Origin: an uncultured Candidatus Saccharibacteria bacterium
GTDB lineage: Bacteria; Patescibacteriota; Minisyncoccia; Phycocordibacterales; UBA918
Assembly (NCBI GenBank): GCA_964570795.1
Contig: CAZMYZ010000007.1
Coordinates: forward strand, 1-45,475
Length of the DNA: 45,475 nt
Direction: 5' to 3'
Within the stretch, counting starts at the first letter, position 1; each line of letters begins with the position of its first letter. The position numbers were made by a program, and so were the translations under genes. Shown here piece after piece: positions 22,873 through 31,259 of the stretch. The notes beneath the pieces were generated by a model that ran no database searches, was not told where the DNA came from, and saw only the letters and a list, made by a program, of their open reading frames with translations.

Positions 22873-24876
22873 ATGACGAATAATATGGGAGGAAAAAGTA
22901 CCTTACAAAGTACTGTATCGACTGATGGCGTCGAAACACAGGAAAAATTTGACTTGAAAAGTTGGCAGGGTCTTACTGAACTTCTTAAAGCGGGAAAAAA
23001 TGCGCTCAAGCCTGAAGTGTATGCTGAGTTTCGTAATCTTGTACTCCAGTATGCGCAGCATGGTGGTGATGCTGAATACAAAAAACGCATTGACGATGTG
23101 GTGGCGACCTTCGGGCGTGCACCTATAGTACCTGCTGAAGTTGAAGTGCCTGAAAAGGGAGTTGTACAAAAACCAGCGCATGCTTCTCGTCGTGTGGCAC
23201 CGCGCTTTGATGACATTTCTTTTATGCCCGAGTCACTTCCTCCTGAGAAGGTTGAAGTAGTAACAGAACCAGAGCAGGCTGCGCCAGAAGTGGAAAATAT
23301 TTCTGAACCTACTCCTATACCTGTTTCAGTTCCTAAAACAGTAAAGGTACCTGAGTCAATTCCAGTACCTCCCGAGCCGGTAGTTGAAGTATCTTTGCCA
23401 CCAATACCGGAGCCTATTCCTGTGCCAGTCCCAGAGCCGATAGTGGTACCCGAACCAACTCCTACATCTATTCCGGCACCAGTTCCTGTAGAAGTTCAGG
23501 AACCACTGAAACCACTAATGCAGTCTGAACCTGTCTCGCAGATAGAGCAGGTGCCATTTATGTCGCTTGAGCAGTGCAAACTGCGCATTGCGGAAATTAA
23601 GCGTGCAGTAAATACCCACTTCGGGAATCCGGTAGCACTTATGGCGGTGCCTAATAATCTTGGAAAGGTCTATATGACCGCACTCCTTAATGCACTCAAG
23701 GCCTCTACGCCAGGTGCCCCAGGTGGTGTGGGTAGTGCGATGGCAGAACTCGAGCGTGCATACAAAACTCTTATGGAAGGGGACATGATCGCTCCAATTA
23801 CTGCATCCGAGCCGGTTGTTGTACCTGTTGTAGAACCAGAATCTATTCCTGAATCAACTCTCGCGCCTGAACCGAATATAGAGTCAGTACCAGAGCCTGA
23901 ACCTATTCCCGAGCAAGCCCCTGCACCCGAACCTGTTGCTGAAACACCTTTGCCACCAGTGCCTGAGTCCGTTCCTGAACCAGAACCGATCCCCGAAATT
24001 CCTAAAGCACCAGAATCTGTAGTTGTTCCTCCACCACCATCTATTCCTGAGTCAGTACCAGAGCCTGTTTCCGAAATACTAAAGACACTCGTACCAGAAC
24101 ATGCCCCAGTACTAGAGCCAGATGAATCCGTGGTGCGTGACCCTGAAGTTTCTTCCGAAAAAGAAGCAAAACGCATGAGTATTCTCGAACGTATCGAATC
24201 AGAGCAAGGTTTGCCACCACTTGTGGATCCAGAAAATAAAGAAGTATCGCGCGCCGAAGTGATGCACTCAGCATTTGAAAAAACAGATCATACTATTTCT
24301 GCTGTCGTGAGTGCGGTTCATAAAAAGTTACCTCCAATCTCTGGCTCAATCGCAGAACTCGTAGAAGATGAAGTGAGTGGATATGACACCTGGCAAGGAG
24401 CAACAGGCCCTACATCCACGGTGCGGCCTGACACGGTCTCGACTGAGGGCGTCATTCACCGTGAAAACAAACACACTAAAAAGGGAATCATCAATGCTGC
24501 ACACCCTGCTGAACTCGAAGAACAGGGTATTGATGCTACCGAAATTGCGGTCAAGCAATCAGAACTCGTATCACCACAAATTACTACTATGCTGAACAAA
24601 TTACTCCATGAATGGAGTATCTTTGGGGGTAGTGGTCTCTTTGGTATTGGTCCTGGTGGAGCTGAGCACCCACTCTATAAACAACTGTCTGTGCTCAGTA
24701 TGGGTGAAGTGGTGGCGGGGCGATGGGATGGCGCTGATCCAAAAGTCATCAAAATCATCAAGCAATACGTCGATGCATGGCGTCATGAGCAGGGAATTAC
24801 CTACACGCTCAATGAGACCTTTGAACACTATCTCCGACGCGTCGTCCAACGTATTGTCAAAAGACAAAGTATCTAA
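22873..24876 (+). CDS. 667-aa Pro/Glu/Val-rich protein with globular islands, unknown function
   Basis: Two long PEP/PVP tracts (such as IPESVPEPEPIPE repeats) separate three non-repetitive regions. The C-terminus is LLHEWSIFGGSGLFGIGPGGAEHPLYKQL.... There is no signal peptide or TM segment. It begins 44 nt after the ATPase gene, with no terminator between them. Confidence 0.65.
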   Translation: MTNNMGGKSTLQSTVSTDGVETQEKFDLKSWQGLTELLKAGKNALKPEVYAEFRNLVLQYAQHGGDAEYKKRIDDVVATFGRAPIVPAEVEVPEKGVVQKPAHASRRVAPRFDDISFMPESLPPEKVEVVTEPEQAAPEVENISEPTPIPVSVPKTVKVPESIPVPPEPVVEVSLPPIPEPIPVPVPEPIVVPEPTPTSIPAPVPVEVQEPLKPLMQSEPVSQIEQVPFMSLEQCKLRIAEIKRAVNTHFGNPVALMAVPNNLGKVYMTALLNALKASTPGAPGGVGSAMAELERAYKTLMEGDMIAPITASEPVVVPVVEPESIPESTLAPEPNIESVPEPEPIPEQAPAPEPVAETPLPPVPESVPEPEPIPEIPKAPESVVVPPPPSIPESVPEPVSEILKTLVPEHAPVLEPDESVVRDPEVSSEKEAKRMSILERIESEQGLPPLVDPENKEVSRAEVMHSAFEKTDHTISAVVSAVHKKLPPISGSIAELVEDEVSGYDTWQGATGPTSTVRPDTVSTEGVIHRENKHTKKGIINAAHPAELEEQGIDATEIAVKQSELVSPQITTMLNKLLHEWSIFGGSGLFGIGPGGAEHPLYKQLSVLSMGEVVAGRWDGADPKVIKIIKQYVDAWRHEQGITYTLNETFEHYLRRVVQRIVKRQSI

Positions 24877-24891
24877 AACAGTGCATACTAT

Positions 24892-25503
24892 TTGGGTATA
24901 CTCACGGTTATGCATCATGCCAACGCACTCATAGGAAGCAGACAATGGGCGTATGCGTATGCAGCGCTCGATACAACAGGAGAAAATCCTGATATTTCTG
25001 TGCGCGAATTTGATCGTATGGCAATCGCTGATGTGCGTGCGCTTATTCATGATGCGATGTTGCGCCCCGTACGTGAAGATAAACGTACATTTATTATTGC
25101 AGCAGATTCAATTCTTGGTGATGCACAAAATGCACTCCTCAAACTTTTTGAGGAACCAAATGCACATACATGCTTTTATCTTATTATTCCTCGTGAGGAT
25201 ATGCTTTTGCCGACACTGCGCTCACGTCTTTCCATTCTGGCTATAGAAAATACGGTTACCGAGTATGCAACATTCAATGCGTTTCAAAAACTAGGGTACA
25301 GCGATAGACTTGCGCTTATTACGAAAAAAAATACGGGGGAGGACGACGCGTGGTTCGCTGAAGTTGCCGCAGGCTTTGCACAGTATGCACACACAACAAG
25401 AAATGCGGTTCTTATCCATGACGCGCTTATGCTTGCTACCTATCTCCCTATGCCGGGGAGTTCTAAGAAGATGCTCTTTGAGCATATCGCACTTACCCTT
25501 TGA
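24892..25503 (+). CDS. holB: DNA polymerase III delta'-like subunit (short, no P-loop)
   Basis: The sequence FIIAADSILGDAQNALLKLFEEPNAHTCFYLIIPREDMLLPTLRSRLS is the clamp-loader box VII / sensor region (hxxDEa..m...aaNALLKtLEEPp......L........ll.TIrSRc). Confidence 0.7.
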   Translation: MGILTVMHHANALIGSRQWAYAYAALDTTGENPDISVREFDRMAIADVRALIHDAMLRPVREDKRTFIIAADSILGDAQNALLKLFEEPNAHTCFYLIIPREDMLLPTLRSRLSILAIENTVTEYATFNAFQKLGYSDRLALITKKNTGEDDAWFAEVAAGFAQYAHTTRNAVLIHDALMLATYLPMPGSSKKMLFEHIALTL

Positions 25504-25536
25504 AGAAGCACACAAGTACGTTAAAATAGCACCACT

Positions 25537-26088
25537 ATGACATACAACACAAAAGAATTTACCGCACGCGCAGAGGGTGTCGTCGAGTGGCTTGAACGTG
25601 AGTTTTCGAGTATTCGCACCGGCCGTGCTACTCCCACACTTCTCGACCTCGTTACCGTGGAATCATACGGCACGCGTGTACCGCTTCAGCAAGTGGGCTC
25701 TATTAACACCGAAGACGCTCGCACACTCCGTATTTCTATTTGGGACCAAAGTGCCATTAAGAGTGTTGAGCGAGCAATTGTCGAGGCAGACCTCGGTGTG
25801 TCAGTAGTGACCGACGGCTCGGGTATTCGCGTTATTTTTCCGGAACTTACGAGTGAGCGACGTGTTCAACTTTTGAAAATTGCCAAGGCAAAACTTGAGG
25901 AAGCACGTGTATCGCTCCGTGGTGCGCGTGATGAGGCGATAAAGGAAATCGACAAACTCGAAAAGGCCGGCGAGATGAGCCAGGATGAAAAATTTGGTGC
26001 GAAAGAAGAAATTCAAAAGCACATTGATACCTTTAATAATAAACTTGCCAATTTGCTCGATTCAAAGGAGGCTGAAATCAACATATAA
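25537..26088 (+). CDS. frr: Ribosome recycling factor
   Basis: 183 aa, containing FSSIRTGRATPTLLDLVTVESYGTRVPLQQVGSINTEDARTLRISIWD and a C-terminal helical region. Confidence 0.92.
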   Translation: MTYNTKEFTARAEGVVEWLEREFSSIRTGRATPTLLDLVTVESYGTRVPLQQVGSINTEDARTLRISIWDQSAIKSVERAIVEADLGVSVVTDGSGIRVIFPELTSERRVQLLKIAKAKLEEARVSLRGARDEAIKEIDKLEKAGEMSQDEKFGAKEEIQKHIDTFNNKLANLLDSKEAEINI

Positions 26089-27185
26089 TGTCAATTCTTA
26101 TATTTCTCATTGTTCTTTTTGTACTAGTACTAGTACATGAACTCGGTCATTTTGCGGTCGCAAAATGGACGGGAATGCGCGTAGATGAATTTGGTATTGG
26201 ATTCCCACCAAAACTTTTTGGTGTCCGTCGCGGAGAGACCGAATACACATTCAATCTTTTTCCGATAGGAGGGTTTGTAAAAATATACGGTGAAGATGCA
26301 CTCCTTGAGGGTGAAGCAACACATCCCGATGCAACCTCACGTTCGTTTATGTCGAAGGGGAAGTGGGCACAAGCTGCGGTACTCGTGGCGGGTATCACGA
26401 TGAATATCCTTTTTGCATGGCTCCTTATCACTATTGCATTTGGTATGGGGGTAAAGAGTTCTGTTTCTGAGGAGGATGCCACAGATACTGCGGCACTCGC
26501 TATTACACAAGTACTTCCCGAAGGTCCTGCTGCACAAGCATCACTTACTCCTGGAGCGGTGATTCGTGAAGTGCAGGCAGGGGAAGATACACTCACGACA
26601 CTTACGCCGACAGCATTTAGTGCATTTATTGCAGAACACAAGGATGTACCGGTGACTATTGCCTATATGCTTGAAGGAGAGTTGCGTGCTGTGCAGGTTA
26701 CTCCCGCAGTGGGTATTATTGAAGGCTCCGAGCGTCCGGCGATTGGTGTTGCACTCACCCTTGTCGATACGGTATCGCGCTCATTTGGGGAATCAATTGT
26801 CGATTCTTCAGTGTTTGTGGTAACCGCAATTCGCGATATTACGGTAGGTATTTGGACACTTCTTGCTGATACGGTGCGTATGCAAGCAGACTTTTCACAA
26901 GTGGCGGGCCCTGTAGGTATTGTAGGGCTTGTCGATGAGGCGTCTTCATACGGTATCACCTCACTTCTTATGTTTACTGCATTCATCTCACTCAACCTTG
27001 CAGTCATCAATATATTGCCGTTCCCGGCCCTCGATGGAGGACGTCTTCTCTTTGTGATTATCGAAGCGGTGAAGGGGACACCAATTAAAGCGCAGTATGT
27101 CGCAGTCTTGAATACAGTAGGATTTTTCCTCCTCATTCTTCTGATGGTGTTGGTCACTTGGAATGATATAGCAAAGTTGATTTAA
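26088..27185 (+). CDS. rseP: Site-2 protease RseP (M50 family zinc metalloprotease with a PDZ region)
   Basis: HELGHF zinc motif at the N-terminus and LNLAVINILPFPALDGG near the C-terminus. The start overlaps the frr stop (TAATG). Confidence 0.88.
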   Translation: MSILIFLIVLFVLVLVHELGHFAVAKWTGMRVDEFGIGFPPKLFGVRRGETEYTFNLFPIGGFVKIYGEDALLEGEATHPDATSRSFMSKGKWAQAAVLVAGITMNILFAWLLITIAFGMGVKSSVSEEDATDTAALAITQVLPEGPAAQASLTPGAVIREVQAGEDTLTTLTPTAFSAFIAEHKDVPVTIAYMLEGELRAVQVTPAVGIIEGSERPAIGVALTLVDTVSRSFGESIVDSSVFVVTAIRDITVGIWTLLADTVRMQADFSQVAGPVGIVGLVDEASSYGITSLLMFTAFISLNLAVINILPFPALDGGRLLFVIIEAVKGTPIKAQYVAVLNTVGFFLLILLMVLVTWNDIAKLI

Positions 27186-27202
27186 GAGACTATCCACTAA
27201 CC
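27183..27202. repeat. Solo copy of the terminal motif of the 41228..41543 element
   Basis: AGAGACTATCCACTAACC matches AGAGCCTATCCACTAACC (41229-41246) at 17 of 18 positions. Here too it starts at the stop codon (the rseP TAA). Confidence 0.75.
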
Positions 27203-27214
27203 TAATAAAAAAGG

Positions 27215-27238
27215 AAAACCCCGCGGTGCGGGGTTTTT
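27215..27238. terminator. Bidirectional terminator between rseP (+) and the 27247..27582 gene (-)
   Basis: CCCCGC GGT GCGGGG stem flanked by AAAA and TTTTT. Confidence 0.75.
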
Positions 27239-27246
27239 CGTAGGGA

Positions 27247-27582
27247 TTACGCAAGGAGCATTTTCAGTCCCTTGCAGTCAATGCGCATCATGTGTGGACC
27301 AAGAGAATCCTGAAGGATTACTCCAGCAGTTGGGTACTTGAATACGGGCTGAAATACCCATTTGCCAGGTTCGTGCTGCAAAAAGAGGTGTGCACGATGA
27401 CCATGTGGCTCAAGAAGCACAACGAGTACTCTTTCGTGCAAGATGGTTATATAATCGATAATCATCACTGATTTGCATTTCAAGTGGTCCGTAACATGAG
27501 CTCGTAGCCTGCGACTTTGAAGAAATGCATTGAGTGTACGAATCTGTTTAGAATTCGGCTGAGTGGTTGCGTGATTCCACAT
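27247..27582 (-). CDS. Hypothetical protein (up to 111 aa; the start is uncertain)
   Basis: ORF track entry with no recognisable motif. Confidence 0.35.
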   Translation of the reverse strand: MWNHATTQPNSKQIRTLNAFLQSRRLRAHVTDHLKCKSVMIIDYITILHERVLVVLLEPHGHRAHLFLQHEPGKWVFQPVFKYPTAGVILQDSLGPHMMRIDCKGLKMLLA

Positions 27583-27769
27583 TGAAAAATCTCCATGTAC
27601 TAGTTAATTCCGGGCGAAATCGTACCATAGAAATATGATGTGTGTACAGGGTGTTGTGGATACTTTTGACCATCATACCGATACACGATACAATAGAAAA
27701 AACACGTACTGACGGGCTTTTTTCTTGGTATACGCGTTTATTAGTATTGTATTTGTACACATTCACATT

Positions 27770-29032
27770 ATGAAACAATCCAGACTGTTCACGCGCACAC
27801 GAAAGGAAGTGCCTGGGGATGAGACCGCAAAAAATGCGCAACTCCTTATTCGTGCAGGGTACGTATATAAAGAGATGGCCGGAGTGTACTCATATCTGCC
27901 GCTCGGACTTCGGGTGCTTGAGAACATAAAGAGTATCATTCGTGAAGAAATGAATCGTGAGGGTGGGCAAGAAATAGTAATGACTGCCCTCCAGGAAAAA
28001 GAAGTTTGGGAAAAGACTGATAGATGGGATGATGCAAAAGTAGATATTTGGTTTAAGACTGCACTCAAGAATGGTACTGAGGTCGGGCTTGGTATTACTC
28101 ATGAAGAGCCTATTACTCGCATCATGACCTCGTATATTTCTTCGTATCGCGATCTTCCTCGTGCCGCATATCAATTTCAAAATAAGTTTCGTAATGAGAC
28201 GCGTGCAAAAAGCGGTATTATGCGCGGGCGCGAATTTATGATGAAAGATCTCTATGATTTTTCTCGGGACGCACGCGAACACGAAGAGTTCTATGGACGT
28301 ATGCGCGCCGCATATATTCGCGTATTTGAACGTCTGGGACTTGGTGCAATTACGTATCCAGCATTCGCATCAGGTGGTATTTTTAGTGAATTTTCTGAGG
28401 AGTTTCAGACGGTTTCTGATGCAGGGGAAGATATTATCTATGTTGATGAAGCACGTCATATTGCACTCAATAAGGAGGTATACACTGATGAGGTAATTGC
28501 GAAACTCGGTCTTGATAAAAGTACGCTCGTTGAGAAGAAGTCTATTGAGGTGGGAAATATTTTTCATCTTGGTACCAAGTTTTCAGAACCACTCGATCTC
28601 TACTACACCGATGAAGAAGGGAACAAAAAACCAGTATATATGGGATGTTACGGTATGGGTCCAACACGTATCATGGGTACTATTGTGGAAACACTTTCTG
28701 ATGCAAAGGGGATTGTGTGGCCCGAGAGTGTAGCACCGTATCAGATTCATCTTGTGGAACTCTCCGGTGGCGACACTGAACTTAAAGATGAGGCCGACGG
28801 GCTCTATAACACCTTTAAGGAGGGTGGTGTAGAAGTACTCTATGATGACCGCGATGTGCGCGCAGGAGAAAAGTTTAATGATAGCGACTTGCTCGGTATG
28901 CCGTACCGCGTCGTGGTAAGTAAAAAAACAAAAGAAGAAGGGAAGTATGAAGTTGTCGAACGAGCGACGGGTGAAGTGCTTTTCATGACCGAGGAAGAGT
29001 TGTTCCAAAAGTTCCTTAATACGACTGCATAA
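27770..29032 (+). CDS. proS: Prolyl-tRNA synthetase, short form without the bacterial INS editing domain
   Basis: Homology starts at MKQSRLFTRTRKEVPGDETAKNAQLLIRAGY (ATG at 27770). The class II motif 2 region is FRNETRAKSGIMRGREFMMKD. About 420 aa leaves no room for an INS insertion. Confidence 0.88.
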   Translation: MKQSRLFTRTRKEVPGDETAKNAQLLIRAGYVYKEMAGVYSYLPLGLRVLENIKSIIREEMNREGGQEIVMTALQEKEVWEKTDRWDDAKVDIWFKTALKNGTEVGLGITHEEPITRIMTSYISSYRDLPRAAYQFQNKFRNETRAKSGIMRGREFMMKDLYDFSRDAREHEEFYGRMRAAYIRVFERLGLGAITYPAFASGGIFSEFSEEFQTVSDAGEDIIYVDEARHIALNKEVYTDEVIAKLGLDKSTLVEKKSIEVGNIFHLGTKFSEPLDLYYTDEEGNKKPVYMGCYGMGPTRIMGTIVETLSDAKGIVWPESVAPYQIHLVELSGGDTELKDEADGLYNTFKEGGVEVLYDDRDVRAGEKFNDSDLLGMPYRVVVSKKTKEEGKYEVVERATGEVLFMTEEELFQKFLNTTA

Positions 29033-30102
29033 TGAAGGGGATTACGTCATACATCGATTCATTTCTCAACTCCTTGTCGACAGACATTGGGATTGATTTG
29101 GGTACGGCAAATACGCTTGTCTATATAAAAGGCAAGGGCATCGTACTTAATGAGCCCACTATTGTGGCGCTTAATAAAAAAACAGGGCAACTCGTTGCAA
29201 TTGGTAACGAAGCAAAAACGATGCTCGGTCGCACACCATCACATATTGAAGTAGTGCGTCCACTTGTGCATGGAGTGATTTCTGACTTTGAAGTAACTGA
29301 GGAAATGCTCGCGTACCTTATTGCAAAGGTGCGTGCCGGTACAAAGTCTCTCGTAGCACCACGTGTACTCATTGGAGTGCCGTCGGGTATTACCTCGGTT
29401 GAGATGCGCGCCGCGCGCGACGCTGCGCGCAATGCGGGTGCACGTGATGTGTTTCTTATTGAAGAGCCTATTGTTGCAGCTATTGGATCAAAACTTCCTA
29501 TTCATAAAGCACAAGGAAGTATGATTATTGATATTGGTGGAGGTACGACCGACATTGCGGTGATTTCTCTGAATGGTATCGTCACCGCTAAAAATCTTCG
29601 TGTTGCCGGCGACCAACTCAACAACGATATTGTGGCATATATCCGTGACCAATTTAAAGTACTTGTTGGAGACAAGACCGCCGAAGATACAAAAATTGCA
29701 CTTGCTTCAGTAGAAGAAGAGGGGGAATCAAAAGAAATGGTGGTGCGTGGGCGCGACGTGGTGACCGGGCTTCCGCGCGAGGTAATTATTACCGACAGTG
29801 ATATTCGTGAAGCGATTGGCAACTCCGTGAATGCAATCGTGGAAGCATCACGTGATGTTATTGAACTCACACCGCCTGAGGTACTTGCGGATGTGATGCA
29901 ACGCGGAATCAGTCTTGCGGGGGGTGGTGCACTTATTCCGGGGGTGGCACGACTTCTTGAGAGTGTACTCAAGGTACCGGTAGTGATTGTGCCTGATCCA
30001 CTCCGTGCAGTGGTACGTGGTATCGGCACGGTCCTTGAAGATTTTGAACACTATGAAGAACTTCTCAACGAAAACGAAGGAGAACTTTCGCCGCAACTCT
30101 AG
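29032..30102 (+). CDS. mreB: MreB (copy 2, first gene of the mreBCD-mrdA block)
   Basis: IGIDLGTANTLVYI, EPTIVA, GRTP, MIIDIGGGTTDIAVISLNG and ISLAGGGALIPG. The start overlaps the proS stop (TAATG). Confidence 0.9.
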   Translation: MKGITSYIDSFLNSLSTDIGIDLGTANTLVYIKGKGIVLNEPTIVALNKKTGQLVAIGNEAKTMLGRTPSHIEVVRPLVHGVISDFEVTEEMLAYLIAKVRAGTKSLVAPRVLIGVPSGITSVEMRAARDAARNAGARDVFLIEEPIVAAIGSKLPIHKAQGSMIIDIGGGTTDIAVISLNGIVTAKNLRVAGDQLNNDIVAYIRDQFKVLVGDKTAEDTKIALASVEEEGESKEMVVRGRDVVTGLPREVIITDSDIREAIGNSVNAIVEASRDVIELTPPEVLADVMQRGISLAGGGALIPGVARLLESVLKVPVVIVPDPLRAVVRGIGTVLEDFEHYEELLNENEGELSPQL

Positions 30103-30115
30103 TGAGTCGTCGCGA

Positions 30116-31006
30116 ATGAAGTATGTGCTGTGGATTGGTATGGCACTCTGTGTCTTGCTGCTTGGTAAGGGAATAGTGAGTACGGTATCCTCGGGAATTT
30201 CGACCACACTGTATACCATACGTCATTATATGGAAACGTCCTCTGCCACTGTGCCGATGTTTGTACGTAGTCGCACAGAGTTGCTTCGCCATACACAAGA
30301 ACTTGAGCAAGAAGTTGCTTCTAATCAAGGTCTTGCTGCGACACTTGCATACATCACTGCAGAAAATACTGAATTGCGTAATCTACTTAGTGCATCAAGT
30401 ACACCACAGATAGCGGCGGGCGTGCTTGCACGCCCGCCGTATACACCCTATGACACTATCGTACTCGATAAGGGTAGTGAGGATGGTATTGTTGCATATG
30501 CACCGGTGTATCACGGAAAAGGAATAGCACTTGGGTATGTGCACGCGGTGTTTCCGCATATGTCGTATGTAACACTTTTCTCGTCTCCCGGTGTGGAATC
30601 CACGGTATATATTTTTGGAGCCAATCTCTTTACTACCGCATATGGTGAAGGGGGTGGCGTGGTGCACTTGAGTGTCCCGCAGGGCATCCCGCTTACCAAA
30701 GGTGACGCGGTAGTACTCCCTTCGCTTCATACGGGAACATTAGGTGTGGTGGATGAAATTCAATCAATTGCTACCGAACCCGAACAACATGCGTATGTGA
30801 CACTTGGTGTACCACTGCAGTCTATTCGTGTGGTAAGTGTGGGTACTGTGCCAGTCAACGCAGTTTCCTTTGAAGAGGCGCTTACCCGTGTGCGCACAGA
30901 GGAAGATAAACGTTTTATGATTGCTGTACCTGAAGATGAGCGTGTACAGATACGTGCTTCCTCAACACCTACACAAGCAACTTCAACAGGCACCACGACA
31001 CCATGA
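30116..31006 (+). CDS. mreC: Rod-shape-determining protein MreC
   Basis: N-terminal TM segment (YVLWIGMALCVLLLG), a coiled coil with ENTELRNLL, then PYDTIVLDKGSEDGI......G..LGYV beta-domains. An alternative start at 30053 would overlap mreB2. Confidence 0.75.
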   Translation: MKYVLWIGMALCVLLLGKGIVSTVSSGISTTLYTIRHYMETSSATVPMFVRSRTELLRHTQELEQEVASNQGLAATLAYITAENTELRNLLSASSTPQIAAGVLARPPYTPYDTIVLDKGSEDGIVAYAPVYHGKGIALGYVHAVFPHMSYVTLFSSPGVESTVYIFGANLFTTAYGEGGGVVHLSVPQGIPLTKGDAVVLPSLHTGTLGVVDEIQSIATEPEQHAYVTLGVPLQSIRVVSVGTVPVNAVSFEEALTRVRTEEDKRFMIAVPEDERVQIRASSTPTQATSTGTTTP

Positions 31007-31257
31007 CCTATCTGCGCATCATCAGTTTTATTGGGATAACACTCGTAGCACTCTTTTTGCCGTTGTGGGTATTTGTGTGTTTTGCACTACTCTACGCATT
31101 TGTCTTTGCACCGTATGAACTTCTCATACTTGCGGTGTGTATTGATGCGCAGTTTGGTGACACAGCGCGTGGTGTGTGGTTTGTGTACACCGGTATTGCA
31201 GCGCTTGTGACGCTTGCGGTGATGGCTGCACGCCCACTTCTTCGTTTTTATGCATAA
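31003..31257 (+). CDS. Small three-helix membrane protein in the mreD position (MreD-like, half the usual length)
   Basis: 84 aa, very hydrophobic. ATGA overlap with the mreC stop. The assignment rests on position only. Confidence 0.45.
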   Translation: MTYLRIISFIGITLVALFLPLWVFVCFALLYAFVFAPYELLILAVCIDAQFGDTARGVWFVYTGIAALVTLAVMAARPLLRFYA

Positions 31258-31259
31258 CT

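Noticed and set aside
23670-24176. A 168-aa minus-strand ORF rich in Gly/Ser/Thr lies inside the Pro-rich protein gene.
   Set aside because: It is the mirror image of the CCN/GAR repeats of the sense strand. It has no start context or motifs.
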